Positions 8,649-17,191 of a DNA stretch of 31,416 nt are shown here, one piece after another (within the stretch, counting starts at the first letter, position 1; each line of letters begins with the position of its first letter). The position numbers and the translations under genes are program-made. Source of the stretch: Pseudomonadota bacterium (lineage in GTDB: Bacteria > UBA10199 > 2-02-FULL-44-16 > JBDRGF01); the NCBI GenBank assembly GCA_043818055.1, contig JBDRGF010000076.1:1-31416 (forward strand), written 5' to 3'. Below the pieces are notes generated by a model, which saw only the letters and a program-made list of their open reading frames with translations, was not told where the DNA came from and ran no database searches.

Positions 8649-9604
8649 TTTAATACCACTGTCCTCTCGATTGGCGGTAGTTTGATTTTAGTGCTGACTA
8701 CGGTTAGAATTGCCTTATAACTTCCTGCCGGGATATCTTTCACGACCGGTTGAAAATTCACATCGTTGATGCCACCGGGAATAACAGTTACATTCCCTTC
8801 CGTCTTCATCCTTGCCACCACATTACCATCCTTCATCAGTATCAAAAGTGGAGAAAACTTAAGTTCCGCGTTTCCTGTATTCTGAAATACAGCCCGAGCG
8901 CTCACAGGGAGATTCCCTTTCTTGGAAAGAAGCTTCAGATCTTTCAAAGCCAAGGCATAATTCAATGTTCCCTCCACATTGAGCAGTACCCTCACGTCAA
9001 TAGCTGCCTGCATACCCACGCCGACGCTCTTAACATATTCTGTGGATTTCAGCGCTTCACCGCTTGGAGCCTCTCCACCCGCACTAAAACGCAGCCTCAT
9101 ATACTGGCTTCCTTTTAACGATGAAGGAACAACAAAGCTGATTGTCATATTCTTATGACTTCCAGCAGGAATTATGAGAGTTTTCGCTTCCAAAGTGATA
9201 TTTCTGGCGATATTATCAGGTGGCAACGAGGGAATCGGTTTTATCTGTAATTTTCCATCGCTTCCGAGCACAACGCCGACGGGCGTGATGAAGGCCTGAA
9301 GAGGATATTTTCTGCTAGGGTTGTCAACCTTGACCGTAGTCGAAACCTGAGTGCCCGCTTTTCCCGAAATCTCTATTGAAGGAGGAGAGACCCCGATCGC
9401 AGCCATACCGAACTGCGCTGCTTCGGGTGTAGCTCCTTTCGACGCTTCCTTGGGAGCTTCGGCTTCACCCTTAACAGAACTATCAGCCGGCGTTCTTCCT
9501 TTTCTCTTCGGACTCTTCGCGAAGGCATCCATGCAGCCAAATACAAGAAGTAGCGTCAATACCAACGACAAAGACAAAGACAAAGACAAACATCTGTTTT
9601 TCAT
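8645..9604 (-). CDS. Periplasmic two-Ig-domain pilus chaperone-like protein (PapD-like or DUF916/DUF3324-like)
   Basis: Signal peptide; IGVSPPSIEI...VKVDN; IIPAGSHKNMTISF; second domain FQNTGNAEL...TVIPGG...IPAGSYKAILTV. Lies between the pilin-like and usher-like genes. Confidence 0.6.
   Translation of the reverse strand: MKNRCLSLSLSLSLVLTLLLVFGCMDAFAKSPKRKGRTPADSSVKGEAEAPKEASKGATPEAAQFGMAAIGVSPPSIEISGKAGTQVSTTVKVDNPSRKYPLQAFITPVGVVLGSDGKLQIKPIPSLPPDNIARNITLEAKTLIIPAGSHKNMTISFVVPSSLKGSQYMRLRFSAGGEAPSGEALKSTEYVKSVGVGMQAAIDVRVLLNVEGTLNYALALKDLKLLSKKGNLPVSARAVFQNTGNAELKFSPLLILMKDGNVVARMKTEGNVTVIPGGINDVNFQPVVKDIPAGSYKAILTVVSTKIKLPPIERTVVLK
9567..9590. repeat. In-frame hexamer repeat (GACAAA)x4 encoding Leu-Ser repeats in the signal peptide
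   Basis: gacaaa x4 seen directly. Confidence 0.9.
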
Positions 9605-9613
9605 GTCATCTCC

Positions 9614-10216
9614 TTAAATTGCGCTTGTGGTTAAACGAAACCTGTCTGTTATCTTTCCGCTCTGCTGCGGCGAAATCTCAAGCAACATCCTCAGGGTTAT
9701 AGTATTGGCACCGGAAAGCACATCTACTCTGTTAAACTGAGGATATGTATATATCACATCTCCGATGTCAGATCTGTTTGTGGAAAGGGAGTAATAGCTG
9801 TTGCTGAACGAGCTGGGAGAGGCATAGAGTCTGGTAAGCTCAACCCCCACGGAATCGATACCGCTGAAGATGATCGCCACGTTCAAAACAGCCTCCAGAA
9901 CAAGATTCCCTTTGTCATTTAAAAAAGCGTCTCCATTTGAAACTAATTCAGGATGTGTGAATGCTACATTTCCAAAATCTACCGCGTCGCCCGTTAAAAT
10001 CGTCGACTTTCCAAACTGGTTTGATCCTCCGGAAAGAGTTATCTGTATTGTCGGGTTGACCGTAGCACCCATTTCAACTTGTGAGTCATTTGCCGTCTGC
10101 CCGAATAAAACGATAACAGATTTCGGAAACAAAAACGAAATAGCGATAAACAATATCAAACCCGAAACTCTTTTTAAATTTTTTATTGAAAAAGAAAATT
10201 TATGTAGACAATTCAT
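9614..10216 (-). CDS. Secreted pilin-like subunit (Csu/spore-coat-U-like pattern)
   Basis: Hydrophobic leader; SQVEMGATVNPTIQITL (donor-strand-like alternation), AVDFGNV, C-terminal SGKITDRFRLTT. First gene of a tightly packed three-gene operon. Confidence 0.55.
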   Translation of the reverse strand: MNCLHKFSFSIKNLKRVSGLILFIAISFLFPKSVIVLFGQTANDSQVEMGATVNPTIQITLSGGSNQFGKSTILTGDAVDFGNVAFTHPELVSNGDAFLNDKGNLVLEAVLNVAIIFSGIDSVGVELTRLYASPSSFSNSYYSLSTNRSDIGDVIYTYPQFNRVDVLSGANTITLRMLLEISPQQSGKITDRFRLTTSAI

Positions 10217-10251
10217 AGTTGATATATATAAATGTATATTAGATTTTATTC

Positions 10252-10334
10252 AAGTTTTAAATTGGGGGCTTCGAAAAATAGGGAGATGTTACAGCTCTTT
10301 TGTTAAAAATTTTTCAGAAGTTTTAAATTGGGGG
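10252..10334. promoter_or_regulatory. Two 17-bp direct repeats (AAGTTTTAAATTGGGGG) in the divergent promoter region
   Basis: Identical copies at 10252-10268 and 10318-10334, 66 bp apart; the second overlaps the likely RBS of the ABC ATPase. Confidence 0.6.
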
Positions 10335-10339
10335 ATACC

Positions 10340-11245
10340 TTGATAGAAGTCAGTGCGCTTGATCATTACTTCGGCAACTTCCACGCACTTAAGAATATAA
10401 GTTTTTCTGTTCCATCCGGTCAAATCACAGGTTTCATCGGACCGAACGGAGCAGGAAAATCCACCACTCTTAGAGTCTTGTCCGGTTTTTTAGTACCGAT
10501 GAATGGTGAAGTTATTATAGATGATATTCCATTATTTAAAAACCCGATGGAGGCGAGAGAACGAATTGGCTATGTGCCAGAAGTTCCGCAACTTCACAGG
10601 GAGATGCAAGTCGATGAATATTTAAACTTTGTGGCGAATCTAAAAGGCATCTCCAAAAAAGTTTTTAATATACAACTAGATGAAATCACAACGAAATGTG
10701 GGCTCTCTAAACTCAAAAAACAGCTTATCGGCAACCTTTCCAAAGGAAACAGGCAGAGGGTAGCGCTTGCTCAGGCTTTTATAGGAAAACCAACAGTTTT
10801 ATTGCTCGATGAACCGATGTCCGCAATGGATCCCGTTCAGACTATGAGCTCAAGGGAGCTGTTAAAAAATCTCTCTAAAAACACAACGATACTGATATCT
10901 TCCCACATCCTCTCCGAGATATCGCAATTGTGTGACCACCTGATTTTAATCTCCGATGGTGAGATTAAATATCAGGGCCCTGTAAGTGAGATCTATGCAA
11001 CTTCAAAAAATGGCAAAATTGTGGAATTAAACTTCTTTTCAATGAACGACGATTGGGCAGATAAGGTCAAAAAACTGCCCGAGTGCACACTTATAAGCAG
11101 AGAGGGCTCAACACTTCAGGTTGAGATTTTCGATGAAGCGGTATTTCTACAGAATCTTTTTGAATTAACAGCGAAACACCATATACCGCTTAGAGAGGTT
11201 GCATCCAAGATGCACAAACTGGAATCGTTTTTTAGGGGGAATTAG
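10340..11245 (+). CDS. ABC transporter ATP-binding protein (GldA-like)
   Basis: Walker A GPNGAGKST, signature LSKGNRQRV, Walker B LLLDEP, SSHIL. Start probably TTG at 10340 after GGGGGA; the ORF track starts at 10328. Confidence 0.93.
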   Translation: MIEVSALDHYFGNFHALKNISFSVPSGQITGFIGPNGAGKSTTLRVLSGFLVPMNGEVIIDDIPLFKNPMEARERIGYVPEVPQLHREMQVDEYLNFVANLKGISKKVFNIQLDEITTKCGLSKLKKQLIGNLSKGNRQRVALAQAFIGKPTVLLLDEPMSAMDPVQTMSSRELLKNLSKNTTILISSHILSEISQLCDHLILISDGEIKYQGPVSEIYATSKNGKIVELNFFSMNDDWADKVKKLPECTLISREGSTLQVEIFDEAVFLQNLFELTAKHHIPLREVASKMHKLESFFRGN

Positions 11246-11248
11246 CCG

Positions 11249-12016
11249 GTGAAGAGCAAGACATTTACAATCGCATGGAATGAATGGAAGATATTCTTTC
11301 ACACACCTTTTGCCATGCTTATCATCCCGCTCTTTATAGCCCTTTGCAGTATTTATTTCTACGCAAAGCTCGACAGTTTCCTCTCCCTTTTAAACCCAAG
11401 CGACGCTGCGACCACTGTAAAAGGGCTCAATATCAACTCCTTTCTTCTGCTTCCATTCTTCAAGGATATGTTAAATGTCTTCATCTTCATCATACCATTG
11501 ATAACGATGAGAACTTTTGCTGAAGAGAAGAAGATGGGGAATTTTGAACTTCTTATCAGCTATCCTGTCAGACCTGAAAAAATACTTTTCGGAAAGTACC
11601 TCGGCGTTTTAACGATCATCCTTCTACTTTTATTATTGAGTTTTATCTATCCCCTCATCACGATAATCTTTGGCGATCCTTATCTTCCTCTGATACTTTC
11701 CACATATTTAGGTTTTTTTCTCTTCATACTGATGTACTCTGCTCTCGGGGTTTACGCATCCCTTCTAACTGAGAACCAGATCATCGCGGCCATCATCACT
11801 TATGGAGCATTTTTCGGCACATTTCTCCTGCGTTGGCTTGCTTATGTATCATTTTCACCGCTGGATAAATTTTTTCAAAATTATCTATTTGTGGTGCATA
11901 TCAACAATCTGATGAACGGCTTCATGTTCACCGGCGATATCGCCATGTATCTCTGTACTACAGGAATTATCTTAACATTGGCTTATTGGAGAATAAGGAG
12001 GCATTACGTAAGATGA
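11249..12016 (+). CDS. ABC-2 type permease (GldF-like)
   Basis: About 6 TM segments; IPLITMRTFAEEKKMGNFELLISYPV...GKYLG; SLLTENQIIAA. Confidence 0.9.
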   Translation: MKSKTFTIAWNEWKIFFHTPFAMLIIPLFIALCSIYFYAKLDSFLSLLNPSDAATTVKGLNINSFLLLPFFKDMLNVFIFIIPLITMRTFAEEKKMGNFELLISYPVRPEKILFGKYLGVLTIILLLLLLSFIYPLITIIFGDPYLPLILSTYLGFFLFILMYSALGVYASLLTENQIIAAIITYGAFFGTFLLRWLAYVSFSPLDKFFQNYLFVVHINNLMNGFMFTGDIAMYLCTTGIILTLAYWRIRRHYVR

Positions 12017-13464
12017 TTTGGTTAGGATCCATAGGAATTTTGGCATGTCTTGCGGTCATTCTGTTGAGAATTGAGCCTCAGTGGGTTCAATATCTCGCCT
12101 TTGCTGTGAGCATCTCCCTCTTCTCCCTCATTTTAATAAAGGAGATCAAATTGCCGGGGAACTTTAAAAACTGGATAAAAACAAAAACGCTATTGTTAAC
12201 TCTCATTCCTTTTTTCCTCATCACCAATCTGATCATCAGAAAATATGAGCCTGTATGGGATGTTTCCGAATACAAGAACTACTCATTCCGACAGGAATCA
12301 ATCGATTGGATTTCAAAAGTGAATGAACCTGTTGAAATAATGATCTTCTTAAAAACCGACGACAAGACATCTACCTATGCCTTGTGGCTACAGGACCAGC
12401 TGGATAAACACACAAGCTTTGTTAATGTCAAAACTTTGAACATCAACAGGGATGTATCACTTGCAAATCGCTATGGAATAACAAGCCCTAACCAGGCGGT
12501 ACTGATTTCCGGAATAAACTGGGTCAAAGTCGATAGTTTTAAAGAGGATGCTATCATCTCAGGCATGATCAAGCTCTTATCAAAACAGGATGTGACGATA
12601 TGTTTTTTGAGCGGAGATGGAGAACCCGATGTAGATGATGATTCACCTTCAGGGTTATCGGTGGTTAAATCAACCTTAACCGATATGGGTTACAAAACAA
12701 GCATCGTAGCCTTAAAAGATAAAACCAACATAATGAGCAGCTGTTCTTTGCTGATAATTATAAATCCAAAAACCTCTCTTCTCCCCTCCGAAGCAAAAAA
12801 CTTTAATGAGCTTTTGAACTCTGAGACACCCATCCTCTTCGCAGCTGGCCAGCTGGTTTCACCAGAGATGAAAACGTTGCTAAAATCTGCAGGAATCACC
12901 CTTTCTGAAGAAATCGTCATTGAGCCAAACAATGTGGAGGATAAAACTTCAGTCACAGATATCGTCCTCGAGAGATTTGAAAACCATCCAGTCAACGACA
13001 ATCTCAGTGGACGCCTGTACATGCCGGATGTTCAGCAGATACTGACAGGTACCAGCAACAAATTTCAACTCTCTAAATTGCTCACCACCCCCTTTTCGAA
13101 AGAGTATGCCCTGCTCGATGAACAAAACAGATCGAAAGAAGATACAAGCCAATCCTTCATATTAGCTGTAACGACTCAAACTGCTGAAAAAGAACCAGCG
13201 ATGGTGATATTCGGCAGCGCTGGAGCATTTCTTAACAAAAATTTGAATTTTGGAGTCAACAAGGGTATCTTTATCAATGCCATTCGCTGGTTGATAAAGG
13301 AAAATCAGGTTTCGTTGATCGCGCCAAGGGAATATTCCGAGAGGCTGATTCGCCTCGATGAGTCAGAGTCAGAATGGATTAAACGCTTATTGGTGTACGC
13401 CCTGCCCGGCTTCTTGCTCATCGTGTGCGGCTTGATCTTCATTGGCCACAGGAAAACAAGATGA
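12013..13464 (+). CDS. ABC transporter auxiliary component (GldG-like)
   Basis: N-terminal TM segments, WDVSEYKNYSF, A-x-x-YGI, FLSGDGE, IINPKTSL, NKGIFINAIRWL, C-terminal TM. ATGA overlap with the permease stop puts the start at 12013. Confidence 0.85.
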   Translation: MIWLGSIGILACLAVILLRIEPQWVQYLAFAVSISLFSLILIKEIKLPGNFKNWIKTKTLLLTLIPFFLITNLIIRKYEPVWDVSEYKNYSFRQESIDWISKVNEPVEIMIFLKTDDKTSTYALWLQDQLDKHTSFVNVKTLNINRDVSLANRYGITSPNQAVLISGINWVKVDSFKEDAIISGMIKLLSKQDVTICFLSGDGEPDVDDDSPSGLSVVKSTLTDMGYKTSIVALKDKTNIMSSCSLLIIINPKTSLLPSEAKNFNELLNSETPILFAAGQLVSPEMKTLLKSAGITLSEEIVIEPNNVEDKTSVTDIVLERFENHPVNDNLSGRLYMPDVQQILTGTSNKFQLSKLLTTPFSKEYALLDEQNRSKEDTSQSFILAVTTQTAEKEPAMVIFGSAGAFLNKNLNFGVNKGIFINAIRWLIKENQVSLIAPREYSERLIRLDESESEWIKRLLVYALPGFLLIVCGLIFIGHRKTR

Positions 13465-14336
13465 AAAAAAATCTTTTTTACATGATTTTCTTTTTTACTG
13501 TGCTCGGCATCTCCACTCTGATTTTGAACATCAGTTTTAAGAAGAAGTTGCCGAGAGTGGTGACCTGCAATCCTTTCAAAGTAATTTCCATAACGGTTGA
13601 AAATGAACAAACTCTGCCAATAGTTATCAATAAGGATTTAAATGACGGGAGATGGATAGTCTCTCAGGGTGATTTTTCTAATCTCGCAGACCAAAAGACC
13701 ATGGATATTTTTCAGAATGTGATTTGCTATATCCCATATATTGAAAAATTCGAACCCTCTGACCCCTCTCAGAATGTCAGCAAAGAATTTGGTTTTGAAA
13801 AGCTACGAAAACTCACAGCCCGGTTTGCGGATAAAAAGGACCCTGTCACGCTATCTTTCGGATCCGCAACCCCCACAGGGACTGAAATTTATACCGCTTC
13901 TTCAGTTACTCCAAAATACATCTACACGATACCCAATACCCTCGAAAACCAGATAATACCAAGCTTTATGGACATACAGTCACGCCATCCATTTGACATT
14001 GCAGAAGGGGATACAGTTACATTCGAATTTCAGGGAAGGAGATTTTTATCTGATGATATCATCCCTGTTTTAAAGGCTTTTACATGGGTCAATTATCATG
14101 GCCCGATGAAGGAGGAGGATCTCTCTGAGTACGGTTTTTTTCTCCCGGATCTTCGAATTAAAATTGAAAAAAAGAACAATTCTCAACAGGAATTTCTTCT
14201 CACAAGGCAGAATAAGAGATATTACCTAACGCTCAGAATGAATGACTATTATTACGTCCTCATCCTGTCGCCACAAGCGCCAAAACTTTTACTCGACACA
14301 CTAGAAAAAGGTATAACGCACCAGACTGCTTCCTAG
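13461..14336 (+). CDS. DUF4340-like periplasmic protein of the Gld-type ABC operon
   Basis: N-terminal TM anchor, W...ADQ, EFGF and EYGF repeats, LSFGSATPTGTEIY. ATGA overlap with the previous stop; usual fourth gene of such operons. Confidence 0.7.
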   Translation: MKKNLFYMIFFFTVLGISTLILNISFKKKLPRVVTCNPFKVISITVENEQTLPIVINKDLNDGRWIVSQGDFSNLADQKTMDIFQNVICYIPYIEKFEPSDPSQNVSKEFGFEKLRKLTARFADKKDPVTLSFGSATPTGTEIYTASSVTPKYIYTIPNTLENQIIPSFMDIQSRHPFDIAEGDTVTFEFQGRRFLSDDIIPVLKAFTWVNYHGPMKEEDLSEYGFFLPDLRIKIEKKNNSQQEFLLTRQNKRYYLTLRMNDYYYVLILSPQAPKLLLDTLEKGITHQTAS

Positions 14337-14915
14337 CATTGCTGCTTTGACCGGAATAGACATCTGTAGCCAATAGTGATCTAATACCCCTTTCCCTGCT
14401 GGATAAATATTCAGAAATTCGCCTGTCGGCAGCACATCTACATAATTTGAAGGTAATACATCAGCAAATGAATTGAGCTCATCCTTTGTAAAATCGCCAT
14501 CGCGACTCAGATAAATTTTAAATTTGCCGTAATGCTCGTACGCCAGATTCAGACGCTTTGCTCTGCCGCTCTCCTGACAGAAAAATTCCCCGGTAATCGG
14601 AGGGCCATCAAATATACTTGAAATATATCCCTCTATCGGAAAGGATATCTGATTTTTGATGGCCGTATATTGCTCTGTATAATCACCTTCGACAATCATC
14701 GTAGCGCTGTAAAGTGGCTCACTCCCCCTCTGGGGCGTGTAAAAAAAATGTACCCTTAACGCCCTCGGACCGGTAATCCTGGAATGGGGCTGGCATTGGG
14801 CGGAGATATTCCACTCTATGGATTCTGAAAGGGCTGATTTGGATTCGGATGGAAGAATAAAGAGAGAGAGTAAAATAAAAAACATCGATACAAAAATAAA
14901 AAAGTTCCTCTTCAT
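14301..14915 (-). CDS. Secreted hypothetical protein
   Basis: 204 aa with a clear signal peptide (MKRNFFIF...SKS-A) and two Cys; 36-bp convergent overlap with the DUF4340-like gene. Confidence 0.65.
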   Translation of the reverse strand: MKRNFFIFVSMFFILLSLFILPSESKSALSESIEWNISAQCQPHSRITGPRALRVHFFYTPQRGSEPLYSATMIVEGDYTEQYTAIKNQISFPIEGYISSIFDGPPITGEFFCQESGRAKRLNLAYEHYGKFKIYLSRDGDFTKDELNSFADVLPSNYVDVLPTGEFLNIYPAGKGVLDHYWLQMSIPVKAAMLGSSLVRYTFF

Positions 14916-14967
14916 CCTTCCATTATTAGAACAGCATCAATCTTGTTGCAAGATAAGAATGTGAAAT

Positions 14968-15005
14968 AAAAAACAACCCCCTCCTCATAACTCAGGAAGG
15001 GGTTG
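14968..15005 (-). terminator. Rho-independent terminator downstream of paralog B
   Basis: Minus strand reads CAACCCCTTCCT-gagttatg-AGGAGGGGGTTG followed by TTTTTT. Confidence 0.75.
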
Positions 15006-15092
15006 AATTCTGAACTTCTGAATCTGTCACTCCCTCTCTCCCCCCCAAGCTGGCCCTCATGAAATCATGCCAGCTTGTTGAGAACCTTCATC

Positions 15093-15818
15093 CTACGGAA
15101 TTGCATCAATCGCAGTAAACGTCCAGGTAATCGCCTCAGTCAGGCCATCAACGACCAGGTTGTACGCATTAAGCTCTAACCCCAGGTAAAATCCTCCATT
15201 GTCTCCATTTTCAGCATAACCGCCGAAGAAAATCTCACCATTAAAAAGACTATCACCGTCACTACCATCAGCCAGATTGAAAGCTCTAATGAGTCCATCT
15301 GCTGGAGCTCCAACTGCTAGCTCACCAAAGAGCTGCGATCCAGCCACGCTGTCTATCTGGGCAAAAACTGTTGCATCACTGCTTATGTTATCCTGGGCAT
15401 TAACTACCAAGTCTGTTGCATTCGCCCCGCTACCCTTCAAAGCAGCAGAATCATATGTTGTGCATAGCAACCCAGCCAGCTTCAGATATGGCATTTCGGA
15501 CGAGGCTTTGATCATGTCCACACCATCAAAGTAGCACTCCGTTGAATCAACTCCACCTTCACTTTCAACAGGCGTGCCAACTACTACAGGGCCAGTCACA
15601 CTACATAAGGGAATTTGCAGAATGGCCGGAGGACTTATTGTCAACGCATACGTGACACTTACAGGGGCAAAAGCCACTGGTATTGCTCCTTCGCAGCCGA
15701 CGATGATATTGGTATCAGCTGTCTCTGCAATCGCATTGTTTGCCACATCGATGTTAAGAAAATACCCTCCTACACCAAGGCAAATCGCCATCAATGTCAA
15801 TAACCATAATTTCTTCAT
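15093..15818 (-). CDS. Secreted pilin-like protein, paralog B (candidate major subunit)
   Basis: Start MKKLW at 15818 with AAGGAGGT RBS; GLLCTTYDS, DGSDGDSLFNGEIFFGG, EAITWTFTAIDAIP; has its own promoter and terminator. Confidence 0.72.
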   Translation of the reverse strand: MKKLWLLTLMAICLGVGGYFLNIDVANNAIAETADTNIIVGCEGAIPVAFAPVSVTYALTISPPAILQIPLCSVTGPVVVGTPVESEGGVDSTECYFDGVDMIKASSEMPYLKLAGLLCTTYDSAALKGSGANATDLVVNAQDNISSDATVFAQIDSVAGSQLFGELAVGAPADGLIRAFNLADGSDGDSLFNGEIFFGGYAENGDNGGFYLGLELNAYNLVVDGLTEAITWTFTAIDAIP

Positions 15819-15925
15819 AAAAACCTCCTTCTTTCTCCTACTCGTTAAAATCTGTTGGATTGGTTCCCTTCCACCTCCTTTCATCCAACCCATACTTCCT
15901 TCCAAAATCACCACTGCTCTTTAGG

Positions 15926-15942
15926 TGCATATCGCGTACCAA
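15926..15942 (-). promoter_or_regulatory. Sigma-54 (-24/-12) type promoter for paralog B
   Basis: Minus strand TTGGTACGCGATATGCA gives GG-N10-GC; IHF-like site TTTCAAGTGGTTA at 15985-15997. Confidence 0.65.
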
Positions 15943-16262
15943 AGATAAGGTGTGTGTTTTTTGATAACGGGTTTTATTGAGATATTTCAAGTGGTTATAG
16001 ATTTTTTCCAGATTTTGAATTTTTGATCTCTGCCGAAAATCTAACAGGTGGGTGAAAATGATATTTTCCACATCTTGCAACTAATTAAAATTAAGAAACA
16101 ATTTTGAGAGGTAAGTTTGGCGAAAAATTTCTACTGCCGGATCCATAGCAATTTTTTTCGAGTGTATGTATGATATTGCGACAGAGGAGTCAAAAGAGTG
16201 ACAGGAAATGAAAAACAAAAATCGGATGTAGCATGTGAGCCTGTTTCCGAACTCAGTTTACT

Positions 16263-16354
16263 CTCATCGCGGGGAGCTTTGCTACGAAGCAATCTGGCAG
16301 AAATAATTGAACTTTCTTGATCGCCACACTCGCCTTCGACTCGCTCGCGATGAC
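16263..16354. repeat. REP-like palindromic element of the GTCAT(C/T)GCGAG...GAAGCAATC type
   Basis: ctcatcgcgggg...cgaagcaatct ... gatcgccacactcg...ctcgcgatgac; imperfect inverted arms just upstream of the MNT gene. Confidence 0.7.
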
Positions 16355-16436
16355 AAATCCACTTCAACTGTTTTAAAAAAAAGATCAGAAATAGTATTTG
16401 CGCCTTAATGCAAATACATGTTACTGTAGCAGAACT

Positions 16437-16790
16437 ATGAACAAATCAAATAGAATTAAAAACCTCCTTACCGGTCAGGAACTGCGGGCAGTTTCTTTGT
16501 TTTGCGACAGATTAAAGAAAGAAACCGGGAAGCAGACACACACAATCGTGTTGTTTGGTTCCAGATCACGCGGCGAAGGCCATGAGGATTCAGATGTCGA
16601 TATATTGATCATCCTGAAGAAAGAAGATCACATAATGAAGGTCAAAATATGGGACCATGCATACAAAATCTTCGATGAAACAGATATCATGATCTCCCCT
16701 TTAGTGTTGAGCGTTGAACAATTCGAAAAACTTTTAAAACATGAAAGGCTGATTGCTTTGACTATCCGGAAAGAAGGGATCAAATTATGA
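16437..16790 (+). CDS. Minimal nucleotidyltransferase (MNT), antitoxin-like
   Basis: VLFGSRSRGEGHEDSDVDILI (GS-X10-DXD). ATG at 16437 preferred; ATGA overlap with the HEPN gene. Confidence 0.9.
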   Translation: MNKSNRIKNLLTGQELRAVSLFCDRLKKETGKQTHTIVLFGSRSRGEGHEDSDVDILIILKKEDHIMKVKIWDHAYKIFDETDIMISPLVLSVEQFEKLLKHERLIALTIRKEGIKL

Positions 16791-17179
16791 ACAATGAAAA
16801 CAAGCTTGGGAATTCAGGATTGGAAATGGAAAAAGGAAGCTCAGCGCTTGAAGAAGCTCAGATATTATTTGATAACGCAAAATACGATGGTGCGGTTTCA
16901 AGGGCTTATTACGCGGCTTTTCATTATGCCTGCGCAGCTCTGTTGAGCAAGGGACTTGAGGCGAAATCTCACCAGGGAATGCAGCGTCTTTTTCATCTAC
17001 ATTTTATCCGCACAAAGATTTTTAATAATAAGGCGGGAGTCATATTGAGTCATGCCCAAAAGGCGAGAGAAGAGGCTGACTATTATCCTGAGATCTCTTT
17101 TACTAAAGAGATAGCTGAAGAACGGTTGAATGAGGTCAAAACATTCGTAAAGCAATTACATGCCTACCTTGAATCATAA
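16787..17179 (+). CDS. HEPN domain protein (UPF0332/COG1895-like)
   Basis: SRAYYAAFH, KSHQG, FHLHFI, REEADY motifs; coupled to MNT. Confidence 0.88.
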   Translation: MNNENKLGNSGLEMEKGSSALEEAQILFDNAKYDGAVSRAYYAAFHYACAALLSKGLEAKSHQGMQRLFHLHFIRTKIFNNKAGVILSHAQKAREEADYYPEISFTKEIAEERLNEVKTFVKQLHAYLES

Positions 17180-17191
17180 AAATGTCGAAGC

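Noticed and set aside
10340..14336. Assignment as true gliding motility genes gldA/gldF/gldG
   Set aside because: Family-level resemblance only; such ABC operons occur widely in non-gliding organisms, so no gene symbols were assigned.
15819..16367. Short ORFs (15838-16080, 16131-16367) and the 32-aa extension of paralog B
   Set aside because: They overlap the sigma-54 promoter, AT-rich upstream DNA and the palindrome; the strong RBS marks 15818 as the start.
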